Assembly: GCA_973895155.1 (NCBI GenBank)
Contig: OZ316893.1
Location: forward strand, 4,702,977 to 4,766,976
Source: Marsupella aquatica
Taxonomy: Eukaryota > Plantae > Marchantiophyta
DNA length: 64,000 nt
Direction: 5' to 3'
The notes beneath the pieces are model-generated. The model did no database searches, had not been told where the DNA came from, and saw only the letters and a program-made list of their open reading frames with translations. The stretch's first letter is position 1. Each line of letters opens with the position of its first letter. The position numbers and the translations under genes are program-made. Positions 1-12,692 of the stretch are shown piece by piece.

Positions 1-935
1 CAGGGTGGGTTCCCAGTTCCCACCTGACGTTAACTTTGTAACTACCGTCTTCCCCCGAACACAAGGCCCAGGCGCTATATTCGAATAGTGAACCTGAAGT
101 CAATGTTTTCATTTTTTGGACTTGTAGCATTGTGTTCGAAATGTGTCGTTGTGTTCAAAATGTGACATTGTGTAATGTACTTGAATTTTGGCATTGTGAG
201 ATGCATGTACAGTGTAAGTAGGAATGATAGGCATAGAGGTTATGTGTATTAGAGAGGAGTGTGTTCAAGTTTAGGTTTTTTGACTTCTCGACAATATTTG
301 CTCAGGTCAAAGGATGTGTACCTAAATAATTGAACCACTGAAATTACACAATGGGAGAAATCAAATTTGCAATAGAAAACAAAACCTGACAAACCATACA
401 TACCAAGTGTACTATTATCACTTAGTAGAACATATTCGTCCAGTTTTCATAGTTGTTTGGTTTATTGTGGCCAATTTGTTCATTTCTATTATTTAATCTT
501 TCTTCATGCAGTTTGGAATGTTCATGAGACTGCTTTGTTTCTATTGAAGTGCCTGGATCTTGAGGGCAATGGAAAATTGAAAATATAGAAAGTGAGTCGT
601 CAAACCTAATTATGCACATAGGCACTATGGGTTCCTTTGGCTAGACGCCGTGGCGTCACTCAGAGGTTGATGTGAAAGTCCGTTGAAAGTTTACACAGCA
701 GAAGAATATATCAATACTTCCGGATTGCTGCTTAACATTTTGGAAACATACAGCGCACACTTCTCCGAGAATGAAGGATTTTGAAATTAGCTTACATTTC
801 TCAAAGGGCGATGGATTTTGTAAGTTGAAAGAGCGGATGTGTCAGACAATTTTAAGTAACGTGTATTGTAGTTGCAACCTGGACACCTTTCTCCTATAGT
901 CACTTGTGCACATTTTGAACACAAAGTCAATTTTG

Positions 936-959
936 AACACAGCGCCCGGGCGCTGTGTT
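936..959. repeat. Perfect 24-bp palindrome AACACAGCGCCCGGGCGCTGTGTT in a degenerate, probably TE-derived region
   Basis: Sequence equals its own reverse complement; the related TTTTGAACAC motif recurs at about 913-940 and, reverse-complemented, at about 150-160. Confidence 0.8.
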
Positions 960-2515
960 TGGGGGAAGACAGTAGTTCTGTCAAGTTCCAAGATAACTTG
1001 GCGCAGGATTCCCGCCGGTGCAAGGAGCATTCTTAGTTAAAACTGGTAATTACAAATTCTGACTACTAGTAGTTAGGTTGAGTCTCTCCACGAGTACTTA
1101 ACCAGACAGTTAAGTGCCAAATCTTAAGGCACCTGACTTTTGTTACCTTTTTTCACCCAACAGAAACCAGCAACTAAGCTAAAACCAATCATTGTTTCAG
1201 AAAGAGAAGAGTTGAAGATGGTATCAATTCCTAATCCTTACCATTTGACAACAAAATGGTGAGAAGCATATGGAAGCATATGATCCTCGACATTGGAGGG
1301 ATTTTAAAGTCTTTGATTTGCATAGTCATCCTCTTTGTGCCAAGACAATGATACCAAATCCTTTGTGGTAGAAGTCACGACTGAATTCATGGAGCATATT
1401 CACTTCCACAACCCCGGTATTGTGATTCTCAAAATGTGTTTTGGGAGCTGTTTGACTGGATGTCGGATGCTCTGATGGAGGACACTAATCCATACTCTTG
1501 GGCTAATATTTTACCACCTGGGTGTAGGGAGTCGTTGCTAGAAGATATTGACCCACAAAGCTTTGCCCAGCATAATGTTTTGCCAGTGAGGTGCTTCCAA
1601 TGTGAGGACGTCTTTCTTCTGGATTTCCATGATGAACATGAGTCCATCATCGTGTAAACCATGTTGGAACAGATCGATGAAGACTAGTGGGTGGAGATGA
1701 TCAGCTTAACTTTCTCTCAGAGGGCATCAGTACCAGAGGCGGATAGGTGGGAGAGCTAGCCACCAATGGGGTACTAGAGGAGGATAGGCGGGAGAGCTAG
1801 GCAGGCAGTAAATTCCATCAAAATTGAGAGTACTTAAGTTTAAATTCTTTCACATTGGTCAAAAGTATGAAGAAGTTTGATCTCAAGACTAGTAACCAAG
1901 TTATGCCAAGAGTCCGGTTGGATGCTTCGGGAATAGTTAACTTTTGTAAAGTTAACTTTCTATAATTCATGATAGTTAACTCCTAGTCCTCTAACTATCC
2001 CTATTAGTGGATGGGAACCTACCCTTAGTGTCCTTATTGAGAGTTATTGTCTAGAGGCTTCACTCTAAACTCTAGCTCTTGAAAGTCGTTTTGCATTCAT
2101 TGCGCTTTGATAGGACGTCTCAAAGCTGACAATTTGGACCTTAACTCCCTAGTACGTTACGGGTTACAGACACACAAAGTTAAGTTACGGACTACAAATT
2201 TCAGAGACCACAACTTTTCGCCATAAGGATTGGTAGTATGCCATTACTGTCAGTCATTGTAGAGGCTTGTAAAAACAAAACACACAACTTTTCCTAAGCC
2301 TTTTAAAAATGTTATGACCACTTTTAACAGCTGAATATCATCATCCATAATTTTGAAGCTTTGAATTGCCCTCTTAATAAGATTATATTAGGGGAGTTTG
2401 GGAGGCAAGTGGGTCTTTTTGTTTCTATGTGTGAGATGCATTGTAGGCATTAACTGTGTGTAACCGTTCAAATGTGGGAACAGGCTAGACTTCACTTTAC
2501 ATAAACTGATGGCAG

Positions 2516-2859
2516 TGTTGAGCATAGACGACATTCACAACGGCAAGCCCATGAACCATCCAACGCACAATAGTCGACACAGAGAGATACGTGGTTCACC
2601 TCCCCATGAGGCTACGTCCACGGGAACATACAAGAGCTTTACTGCACTCTAGGCCGACCGGCCATACCAAGCATCCACAGCACAAGCTCTCCCTATCTCT
2701 CAACTAGCTCCGTAACAATGAGCCTAAGTTCCACCAGGGTCTGGCATCAGCCCTGGCTATATGCACAACAGCACTACCGCTAACCTTAGCTAGGTCCTAA
2801 CCCGAGTTAGCCTAACTGTGGTTAGCACAAGAGTCACAAGACTAGAGCAATATCTAACA
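2516..2859 (-). repeat. 3' LTR of copia element 1
   Basis: Matches 8344-8687 with 4 substitutions by manual comparison; adjacent to the polypurine tract. Confidence 0.96.
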
Positions 2860-2860
2860 A

Positions 2861-2875
2861 ACTCCCCTTTGACTC
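2861..2875 (-). other. Polypurine tract of copia element 1
   Basis: Minus strand GAGTCAAAGGGGAGT directly before the 3' LTR. Confidence 0.85.
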
Positions 2876-3055
2876 TTGTCTTGGGGACTGGACTAAATGT
2901 TACCATATGGAATCCTCAGCGGGAAGTTCTAGACAATCACCAAACCAGGTCTCCCCCTAAAAACCACAAGGGTTAACTAGAACTAAGCCATAGCCTAACA
3001 GGAATGAGTAATCCATATACAAATAGTCACACATTGCTAAATAACTCTACTTGCA

Positions 3056-6000
3056 CTACAACTGCAAAACCTGCAAAGTAGCACGGTGTCTTGAGAAACT
3101 CTCCAAAGGAATCACTTTGGTAAAGGCATCAGCGGGATTGAGCTTTCCATCAATCTTGACTAGCTCAAAAGTTTTATCAGACACTACTTGCCTGATAAAA
3201 TGGTACCTGATATCAATGTGCTTCACCCTGCTATCCATCACCTGGTTAGCAGCCAAGTGAAGAGCACTCTGACTATCACAGTTTAGAGTCATTTTTCCAT
3301 GCTCTAAACCCATCTCCGCGATCAACTTATCCAACCAAATTGCTTCCTTTGCAGCTTCTGCTGCTGCAACATACTCTGCTTCTGTAGTAGACTGAGATAT
3401 GCACTTCTGCAAGGTAGATTTCCAACTGATACATCCTCCTCCAAGAGTGTATACAAACCCAGTTGTAGATCTCCTTGTATCCAGACAGCCTCCATAGTCA
3501 GAATCTACATGGCCAACTAACGTTCTATTTGATCTGTTATCAAATAGTAATCCATAGTCATGTGTTCCCTTCACATACCTGAGAATCCATTTCACAGCTT
3601 CCCAATGTACCTTCCCAATGTACCTTCCCTGGATTTGACATGAATCTGCTAACCTTGCCCATCGCTAGGGCCAAGTCAGGCCTAGTACAAGTCATCAAAT
3701 ACATCAGACTGCCTACTGCCTTCTCATAAGGAATCTTAGCCATCAGACCTTTCTCCACATCATCCGTAGGAGAGAAAGCCGATGATAACTTGAAATGTGA
3801 AGCTAAAGGAATACTCATTGGCTTACAGTTCTCCATGTTGAATCGTGCAAGTACTTTCCTCGCATACTGGCCTTGACTCAAGCACAACTGTCCAGTCTCA
3901 GAGTTCCTAAAAATCTCCATCCCTAAGATCCTCTTGGCCTTACCAAGATCCTTCATCCTGAATTCAACGCTCAATTTCGCCTTGAGACTGTCAACCTCAG
4001 ATTGATCTTTAGCCACAATTAGCATGTCATCCACATAGATCACCAGAATGATGAAACCAAATACATCATTCTTGACTGATTTCGTATAACACAAGGATCA
4101 TACACCATCCTTGTAAAACCTTGAGCAAGCATGAAATCATCAAACCGCTTGTTCCACTGTCTGGGAGACTACTTCAATCCATACAAGGATTTGAGCAATC
4201 TGCAAACTAAGTTCTCTTGGCCCTTCTTCATAAAGCCTAGTGGCTGTCTCATGAAGATCATCTCTTCCAAGTTGCCATAGAGAAAAACAATAACAACATC
4301 CATCTGATCCATCACCAGATTAAAAAACATAACAAGCTGACACAAGATCCGAATTGTGGAATACTTAGCCACCGGTGAAAAGATCTCATTGTAATCCACT
4401 CCTTTCTCCTGAGTGAACCCCTTGGCAACAAGCCTTGCCTTGTAGATCTTATCTCCACCCTCTGAAGGACTGTCCTTCAACTTGTAAATCCACTTGCTGT
4501 CCACCACTTGTTGACCTCTTGGAAGCTCCACCAGCTCCCATGTCTTGTTGTCACTCAAAGATTGCAACTCCCTCTGCATTGTTGTATTCCACTCATGCTT
4601 CTGCTCTGAAGCACAAGCCTCACTATACGAAGAAGGCTCTCCTTCTTCCAAGATCAAAGCCATATCATCTTCATCAGGTGCAATGTCAATATCATCTAGC
4701 TTAGATGAGTCTGCCCATTGACCATACCTGGTAGGAGCTCTAGTAGAATGACTGGAAGTTCTTCTAGTAGATGACTCAGGCTGATCTGTTGCTGCTGCTG
4801 GTTGAATTTGAGGTACCCCAGCAACAATTTGCTCCTCTTGTTCCATCACAAGAACCAGCTCCAAGCCCGGAGCTTCTCCATCTCTCCTGTCATGAACTGC
4901 ATCATGACTAATCTCCCCCTCAACCCGGTCCGGGATGGGAGATTTCCCCTTGTCAGTATGGGAGTCCTGAGAACTCTCCCCCTCCTTTGATGATCTGGAT
5001 TCATTAAAGGACACATCTCTACTGACAATTAGCTTACAGGTTACTGGATCCCATAACCTATAACCCTTCACACCTTTCTGATAACCAAGGAAAATGCACT
5101 TCTTCGACTTGGACTCCAGCTTGGATCGAAGCTGGGAAGGTGTAAGCACATAAGCATCACATCCAAAAATCCTCAGATGTGAGTAATCTGTTGGACGCCC
5201 GTACCTCATTTCAAATGGCGTCTTGAATCCAATAGAACTGGATGGAGAAAAATTTACCAAATAAGCTACAGTGTTGACAGCTTCAGCCCAAAACTCATGT
5301 GGTAAGCATGATTGACTCAACATACTCCTCGAGCGGTCCAATAGTGTTCGATTGAGTCTCTCAGAAACACCATTCTGCTGAGAAGTATAGCTTGTTATGA
5401 GATGGCGGGTAATCCCCTGCTCCTTACAATACGTTCCAAATTCACCGGAACTGTATTCACCACCGTTATCCGATCGAAGATATCTCACCTTATTACCAGT
5501 CTGATTTTCAACTTGGGCTTTCCACTCCTTAAAAGTGGCAAAAACATCAGACTTATTGTGTAGAAAGTATATCCACACATACCTTGAGTAATCGTCAATG
5601 AACGTGACATAGTATAACCGTCCAGAATGTGAGGGAGTAGGGGCGGGACCCCACACATCACTATGTACATACTCAAGTACCTCCTTGCTGGTGTGAGTTC
5701 CAACTCCGAAGAGTTTCCTGTGCTGCTTCCCTAGCACATAGTGCTCACAAAATTCCAACTTACAAGATTGCAAATTAGAAAGTAATCCTTTCTTCTGAAG
5801 AATAACCAAACCTTTTTCACTCATGTGGCCCAAACAGAAGTGCCACAGCCGGGCCGTCTCCTCATGAGATAAGGTTACATTGGCTTCATCATAGACTACA
5901 CTGCCCTCCATAACGTATAGATTGCAATGTCTCTTTTCCTTCAATACAACTTTAGTACCAGTTGAAACCTGAAGGACACCATTAGCAGAACTCCACTGAT

Positions 6001-7342
6001 GGCCATTTGCCTCTAAAACTCCAAGTGAAATGAGATTTTTCATCATGCTGGGAATATGTCTCACATTCCTCAATGTTCTCACAGCACCATCAAACATCTA
6101 AAATCTTACAGATCCAAGTCCAACAACTTGACATGGGATTCCATTTCCCATCAACACTGACCCGTTGGAAACCGTGTAAGAACTGAAACAATCTCTTCTA
6201 GAGCAAATGTGAAAAGTACATGCACTATCTAGAATCCAGTCATCACTACCTGGATTTGACACTATGTTGAGAGCATAACCTTGACATCACAATATGTCAT
6301 CATCATCGAGTAAATCTACCTCATGCGAGCCCGATGCTGCGTTAGTAGAGGCAGTAGGGACCTTTACTCGACAATCCCTTTTCATGTGGCCTGGCTTGCC
6401 ACAATTCCAACATGCAAGAGGCTTCCTCTCTTGCAATTTTCCTCTGGATTTAGATCTCCCCCGTGATGTAGATCTAAACCTGTTCTGCCCATTCGTGCGC
6501 TGCGTTGCTCTTCCCCTGTTTACATTGAGCGCAGTGCCAGAAGAAGATCCTGTCTGTGATTGACCCAGCTTCTTCTGAGCATCATCAGACAGTAAAGAGC
6601 TTACCACCTCATTATACGAAATGGACTTCAGATCTCTGTACAAGAGCACCTGTTTCAAGCCCTGATATGACGGCGGTAAGGAGCTTAGCAGAAGCAAGGC
6701 CTTATCCTCATCTTCAACTCCTTTTCCCAGGTTTGACAGATCAACCGCTAGACTGTCAAACTCATCCAGGTGATCCTGCATCTTGCTCCCTTCCTTGAGC
6801 CTGAGGCTCATCAAGAGAGACTTCTTGTACAGCCGGTCTGACGCATCTTCCCGGTAGTACTTCTCTCTTAGAGTCTTGAACAGTGACGCGCAATCCGCAT
6901 AATCATCCAGCTGCTTGATGATGTGCGGCTTGAGATATAGCATCACTGCATTGACAGCAATCACCTGCTCCTATCTCCATTGCCTCACTGAAATCTCCTC
7001 CTCTCCATCATACTGCTCTCGCGATGAAAGCAGATGAGTTAAGCCCATGGCCCGTAGAACACCCTTCACTTGCTTCTCCCAGAGCAAGTAATCAGTACGA
7101 CCATTGTACTTCTCCACCTCAAACTTCACTCCTCCAAATCTAGCCATCTCCCTCTTCTTCCCTACTACCGATAGCTCTGGTAGTAACACAGCTTCCTCCA
7201 CTGCACGCCGCACCGGTGATTGTACCGGTGTTATAAGTTCCTCCTCAAATGGTAGCAGCTCCTCCTCAGACTCTCCGTCTGACCGTCGTGATCCTGAAGC
7301 TCCACCGATGCCAATTCTTCCAGTATCCTCCGAGTCACTCAT
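3056..7342 (-). pseudogene. Disrupted copia gag-pol polyprotein
   Basis: In-frame stops at 6971-6973 (TAG), 6287-6289 (TGA), 6098-6100 (TAG) and 4169-4171 (TAG); frameshift near 4090; 13-bp tandem duplication CTTCCCAATGTAC at about 3598-3623 shifts the RT/RNase H junction. Confidence 0.92.
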
Positions 7343-8330
7343 ATGAAACAATCACGAAAAAACGTCTTTTTTCGAAACTTCTCATAAAACTCAAAACTCA
7401 ACACCGCCGCGTAGCCCACGAAGCTAGGAGTCCAATACTGAAATCCGAAATCAAAATCGAAATTCGACGGAAAAGTTATTCAAATTTTGGTCGGGGTGGG
7501 TAAAACCTTGGGAAACTCCCCCGTTTTGACCACCTCGGAAAATAACCGAAATACCAAGTACAACCTATCGTCGGAATCGCGATGTGATTGGTGCGCCGCG
7601 TTGCTAACTCCAGTGGCAACGTCCTCACCAAAAAAGAACCAAAAAAGTTACCGTGCGGCGGACGGAATCTTTGTGTGACGGCCGAAAAATAGCTCTCTGT
7701 TTTTCAGGAATATTCCTGCACAGTCCAACAGGGCTCACAGGGGGCCGTTCCCCCCAGCCGCCTCCGCTTTGGTTTCCAATGAGAAAAGTGATGACTGCCG
7801 ACATGAAAATGTTTCCGAATTGCACCGGCACGTCTGAAGCTCCACCAAAGAAAGAACTTCTGTTGCGTCGCCTTCACTCCGCGTCAAGTGCCAATCCCGG
7901 ACTCAAAATGACCGTCTTGCCATGATCTCTCCGTTGAGCCTTAGCACTTTGCGTTTCTTCCTCCGAGTCAAGCGTCACGACGAGTAATCCGATTCAGGGA
8001 AAAACAAGCACCATAGCTTGTCAAAAAACCAGAACGCCTCCTTCACTCGTCACGACGCACTCGTTCCACAAACGTCAGCAAACTAGATACCAAAACGACC
8101 AGCACGCTCCAACCTTCAACTTGAACTATCACATGCGACGCCCCGCACACCGCACAGCTCACACCGTTGAAGAAACGATCTCTGGTTTCTCCCCCGAAAT
8201 ACCGTCGAACACGAATAAACCCTGAACGACGCAAACTTCAATTCCTCCGCACCACGGATACCGATCAGCGAGCTCTAACCACCGTTAGAATGCCCTCTCA
8301 CTAACCTATCCGCTCAGCCACACACACCTG

Positions 8331-8341
8331 TTCTGATACCA
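8331..8341 (-). other. Primer-binding site (tRNA-iMet type) of copia element 1
   Basis: Minus strand TGGTATCAGAA, 2 nt after the 5' LTR end. Confidence 0.88.
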
Positions 8342-8343
8342 CT

Positions 8344-8687
8344 TGTTGAGCATAGACGACATTCGCAACGGCAAGCCCATGAACCATCCAACGCACAATA
8401 GTCGACACAGAGAGATACGTGGTTCACCTCCCCATGAGGCTACGTCCACGGGAACATACAAGAGTTTTACTGCACTCTAGGCCGACCGGCCATACCAAGC
8501 ATCCACAACACAAGCTCTCCCTATCTCTCAACTAGCTCCGTAACAATGAGCCTAAGTTCCACCAGGGTCTGGCATCAGCCCTGGCTATATGCACAATAGC
8601 ACTACCGCTAACCTTAGCTAGGTCCTAACCCGAGTTAGCCTAACTGTGGTTAGCACAAGAGTCACAAGACTAGAGCAATATCTAACA
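8344..8687 (-). repeat. 5' LTR of copia element 1
   Basis: TG...CA ends, near-identical to 2516-2859, followed by the PBS on the minus strand. Confidence 0.96.
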
Positions 8688-9319
8688 GGCAGGAAAACCA
8701 TTACAAATTCTAGTCACTGTCCTTGACACTTAGTGAAGTTGAAATATGCCATATTGGGGCACCCTTTTGTATTTTGTATGAATTTGAAATCAGTTTTGGC
8801 CCCTTTAATTCTCTATAAAGGCACACTTATTGTACTTTTTAATTGTGCTCCCTATTTCTCGGTAAGTATGCTTTTATATGGGTTTGTTTTCTTTTTCATG
8901 AGGCCCACCCCACCCACTTGGTAAGATTTATGTCACACATGAAAGATGCCTCACACACATGGCATGGCAAAGCTAGATGTGAACTCATAATCCAATACTG
9001 GGGTCACACAATAGAGGAATTTATCCGGAGTCCCTTGTACTAGTATTTGTGGTTTAACAAAATGTATTCAAAAGTCTTCATATCAAGATCTAAATAGATC
9101 TCTATATATACATTGCATACTACGCAAAGTATTTGGTAATGATAGTACCAAACTGTTAAAGTCACAAGTGGTGCTCAGTGAGTTCCAATGTGTTTGCCTT
9201 ACTTCACTCACTCAACCTAGTTAATAACTTGTTTAGTCAGAGTGACTATTATTTTCCTCTCCTATAAGATACTGTGAAAATAATTAGTGGATCATTATAA
9301 AACAAAAACAATATATATA

Positions 9320-9343
9320 CAAGCTCATACCCGTGCGTTGCAC
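9320..9343 (-). mobile_element. Helitron-like 3' terminus
   Basis: Minus strand GTGCAACGCACGGGTATGAGCTTG|T: GC-rich mini-hairpin plus a CTRR-like end (here CTTG); a closely similar copy lies at 29907-29930. Confidence 0.5.
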
Positions 9344-11070
9344 AACAGATGGTGTGGCATAAAAGATGTCAATCGATGTATAAAAGAAATTGTTACGCAA
9401 AGATGTCAATGTGTAGAAGATGTTGTTGCACAAAACGATTTCATTCTTAAAAGCAAGTTGGACCTAACAGGCCCCCTCTGGCATCTTGTGGATTTAACAG
9501 TCCACCAAGATGCACCTGGGACTCAACCGGGCCTATGACGACCCATCATCCCCACTAGTTCTTGTGGGGACTTCTGACGCAGTAGGCAGCATAATATGCA
9601 GTAGTGCTTCACAGTACGGCACTCCTGCAACTGGTAGGACTGCAGCGGAAATTTTAGCAGAGGTGGAAGGGACCTCAGTGGAAGGGGTAGTTGGGGAGGG
9701 ATGTGCAACGCAGGAAGTGGTCTACGCAAACACAAGAGGGAAATGCAACTGAGAAATGCCATTTTTTGAACACACAGTGACTCACACCAAAAGCTTCAGA
9801 AAATGCGTCATTCAATTGCTGCTCAATCCACAACTGAAGTGCTATCTAGCTCCAATGTGCTAGTCGCTGTCCATACCAATTTGAGTTTCCAATTTTAAGG
9901 CCTTAGCTTCTTGTCTTCTCTACTTGATGTCTGCCATGGTTAAAGTATCAGATTTCAGAATGTAGCACTATGTATTGTAGGATTGTTCAGCCCCAATGTA
10001 CTCCTGCAAGTGTCTCATTGGAATTGCAAAACATTTCAATGCAAGGGAAGGGCAAATGAATCACAGTGCAAGATAACACAACATTGTGCTGCACCGTCCG
10101 GCAGCTACATAACGCCGCCGTAGAGCAAAAATTTTGTGCTGAGAGCCCCCCCTGCACTTCCATGGCGCCTTGAGTAATTAGTCGTAATTGAGAGAAATAG
10201 AGGCACATGTAGAAAATTGACTTTCCCTCTGCTGCCCCATGATACCCAACAACTGACATAATTTACTCAGAGGAGACCTCACAAAAACAAATCCAGACAG
10301 TCCAGGCTAGACTGGGGGCTAGACAAGTACCAGAATTTGATAATTCCCCAAGTTTTCAACCCCCCTAAGAGAACCTACCAAGCAAGTCATTCCGCATTAA
10401 TCTTTCTAATTATGAAGAGGAATTGCGGGCAGAATTCTCAATGCAAACAATAGATTCTGATTTGCATGCAACTCTTTCAATTGAAAACAACCCCTCTCTT
10501 GTTGCTGTTGAGCGCCTGGGTTGCTATTGTTTTGAGGGCCTTTGTTAAATTTTAACTGTTTTGGTCACAACTGCCCTGTACTTTGTGGTTAGGTGGTGTT
10601 CTTGTATATCGCTCTGATAGGCACCCTATAAGAACAAGTGGCGGTGGACAGTCACAGGGCCCTGTTGAGTCCCAAGTGCATCTTGGTGGACTGTTAAGTC
10701 CACAAGATGCTAGAGGGAGCCTGTTATGTCCAAACTTGGCGGAAAAGATATTGTTGATATATGCAAAATACTAGTTGTTTGTGTAAAAGATGTCATTATG
10801 GAAAAAAAATCATTTTGCAAAAGTTATCATTGAGGAAAGGATGTCAGTTGTTAAGTAACAGATGGTGTTGCCTGAAAGAGGTATTTGCATAAAATATGTT
10901 GTTGCATAATAGAGCTTGTCTCAAAGATAGTTTCACAAAAGAGATTGTTGTGTTCAGCATTTCATTGCATAAAAGACCTTGCATAAAATATGTCATTGTG
11001 CAAAAACTATCATGAAAGAAAAGTCATTGTTATGTAAAAGCTAGAAATTGATGCATAAAAGAGGTCAAGA
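9344..11070. repeat. Degenerate ~18-bp minisatellite (approx. AAAAGATGTCATTGCAT) split by a TIR element
   Basis: Units visible at 9344-9453 and 10739-11070 on both sides of the inverted-repeat element. Confidence 0.65.
9454..10738. mobile_element. Non-autonomous DNA transposon-like element with ~85-120 bp terminal inverted repeats
   Basis: 9454-9540 (CAAGTTGGACCTAACAGGCCCCCTCTGGCATCTTGTGGA...) is a high-identity reverse complement of about 10651-10738; no TSD recognised. Confidence 0.7.
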
Positions 11071-11930
11071 AGGGCATTCAGGCCTAGCCTAATAAGAGGC
11101 TCTATTTGGGCTTTAAGAAGAAAATGTGGAAGAATGGCCTACTTAAAACTCAATTTCAGTTTCCGTTTGTACTTTTTGGCAAATGTGACAAACAGGATAC
11201 TAAGGATTGACTTGGGTGGACCATGTTTGGAACTTTGTGCAATTGGTGCGAAGTACTTGCCTGGGAGGTGGGAGGACCAGGGAGGACTAATTCTTCTTGA
11301 TACTCCCCCCTCCACTTCCTCCTCCATCCCTCCTTTGTTCCAGTTTCTTTGTGCCTCCTCCTTATCTTGCTTCCTTCCCAGATTGTGTCGGCACTGCAAA
11401 TTTCTAAGATGACCTCAGCAAAACCAAGTAAGATTGCTTATTATAGTTTTTAATTAGTGGCTGCACACTTTAATGACAAATTATATCTGTGTGCAGTTTC
11501 TTGAGAAACATATCAATGTCTTTCACTTTGTCATAGATCAGATGCAGAAATACAAAGGAGTCTATAATTTTTTATTGGACAACAATTATGTTTTCTTGCA
11601 CAATGCAAAGAAAATGCTTGACAGTGAATAGCAAGGGAGTACTGAGCAGGGTCATTAAGCACTCTCTTTCGAGTCACGCCCTGGTAATGGGACATCATGG
11701 GCAATAATACTCCCCCCAGAAGGGCTTAGGCTGAAGTTTTTAGGGGCCATTATTGTACACAATATCCTAGTAAAAGGGCAATAATACAGGCCTAAGACAT
11801 TTTAATTTTACTGTCATAACTAAAAGTGAAAGTGATTGAACACCCTAACCCAAATCTGGACCACTCTTCTCTGTAAAGCACCAAAAATTACAAAACTAAA
11901 AATCACAAAATCACAAAAGGCATTAAACTA

Positions 11931-12145
11931 CAACCACCCATAATGTAAGGGGGAAGTATCCAAGGTTGGTTCCTTTTTCCATATTTCACTCACTTCTTTC
12001 CTCTAAAGGGGGCATAAGACCACAACTACCCATATATAAGGGGGAAGTGTCCAAGGCTGGTTCTTTTTTCCACATTCCACTCACTTCTTTAGTCTAAGGT
12101 GCCAGCGTCCTCCATATTCCACTCAGTTCTTTCCTCTCTAAGGTG
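11931..12145. repeat. Local tandem duplication (~90-bp unit, ~2.5 copies)
   Basis: TAAGGGGGAAGT.TCCAAGG.TGGTTC.TTTTTCCA.ATT.CACTCACTTCTTT repeated. Confidence 0.75.
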
Positions 12146-12692
12146 CCCAGTATGCTCCACGATTTTAGGAAAAAAATATTGTTTTAGTGAAATTTAGACA
12201 TTCTGGGTAACCCGTAGCCCTTGAAGGGCACTACAGTAGTACAGTACACACCTAGTGGGTCCACTTAAACCACAACTCGGTTCCTGAAGTCATCGTGGCA
12301 CCGTGCCGAGCTCCAAAGGTGGGACACAAATCGAGTCGATTGTATCTGTCCATCCATGTCAAATATCATTCTATCCATCCATCAACTAGAGTCCCCTATC
12401 GTCACAAGTGTACCACTGCCCGTCCGACTTCATCCATGGTAATGCAATCGCAGCAGCTGCAGCTTGCAGAGGAAAGTAAAACACCCCCCTCTTTAGGTGG
12501 GTGCACTCGAAGATCTTAGCTGCACGAAAGGACAGGCAGAATGTGTTTGCTTGGGCTGAGGTTTGGCGCACAGTGGTAGCAAGAGAATTAAGCGAGCGAG
12601 GAGGCTTTGTTTTCGGCACAGCAGAGCAGGGCTTGCGGGTCTGTTATCATTTCGTTGAAGCTGTTGCAGCTGGTGTTGTTGTTTTGGAGGAG

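Larger units (their letters stand above)
2516..8687 (-). mobile_element. Full-length Ty1/copia LTR retrotransposon (Tnt1-like), young but coding-disrupted
   Basis: Two 344-bp LTRs with TG...CA ends (2516-2859, 8344-8687); 5-bp TSD GGCAG at 2511-2515 and 8688-8692; PBS and PPT present; minus-strand domain order gag (CCHC knuckle CWNCGKPGHMKRDC), protease (WILDSAC), integrase (HSDVWGP, RSDNGGEY), RT (KARLVAKGF, YVDDML), RNase H. Confidence 0.97.

Noticed and set aside
400-1700. Possible decayed transposase exons on the minus strand
   Set aside because: Protein-like fragments with many stops but no motif I could assign.
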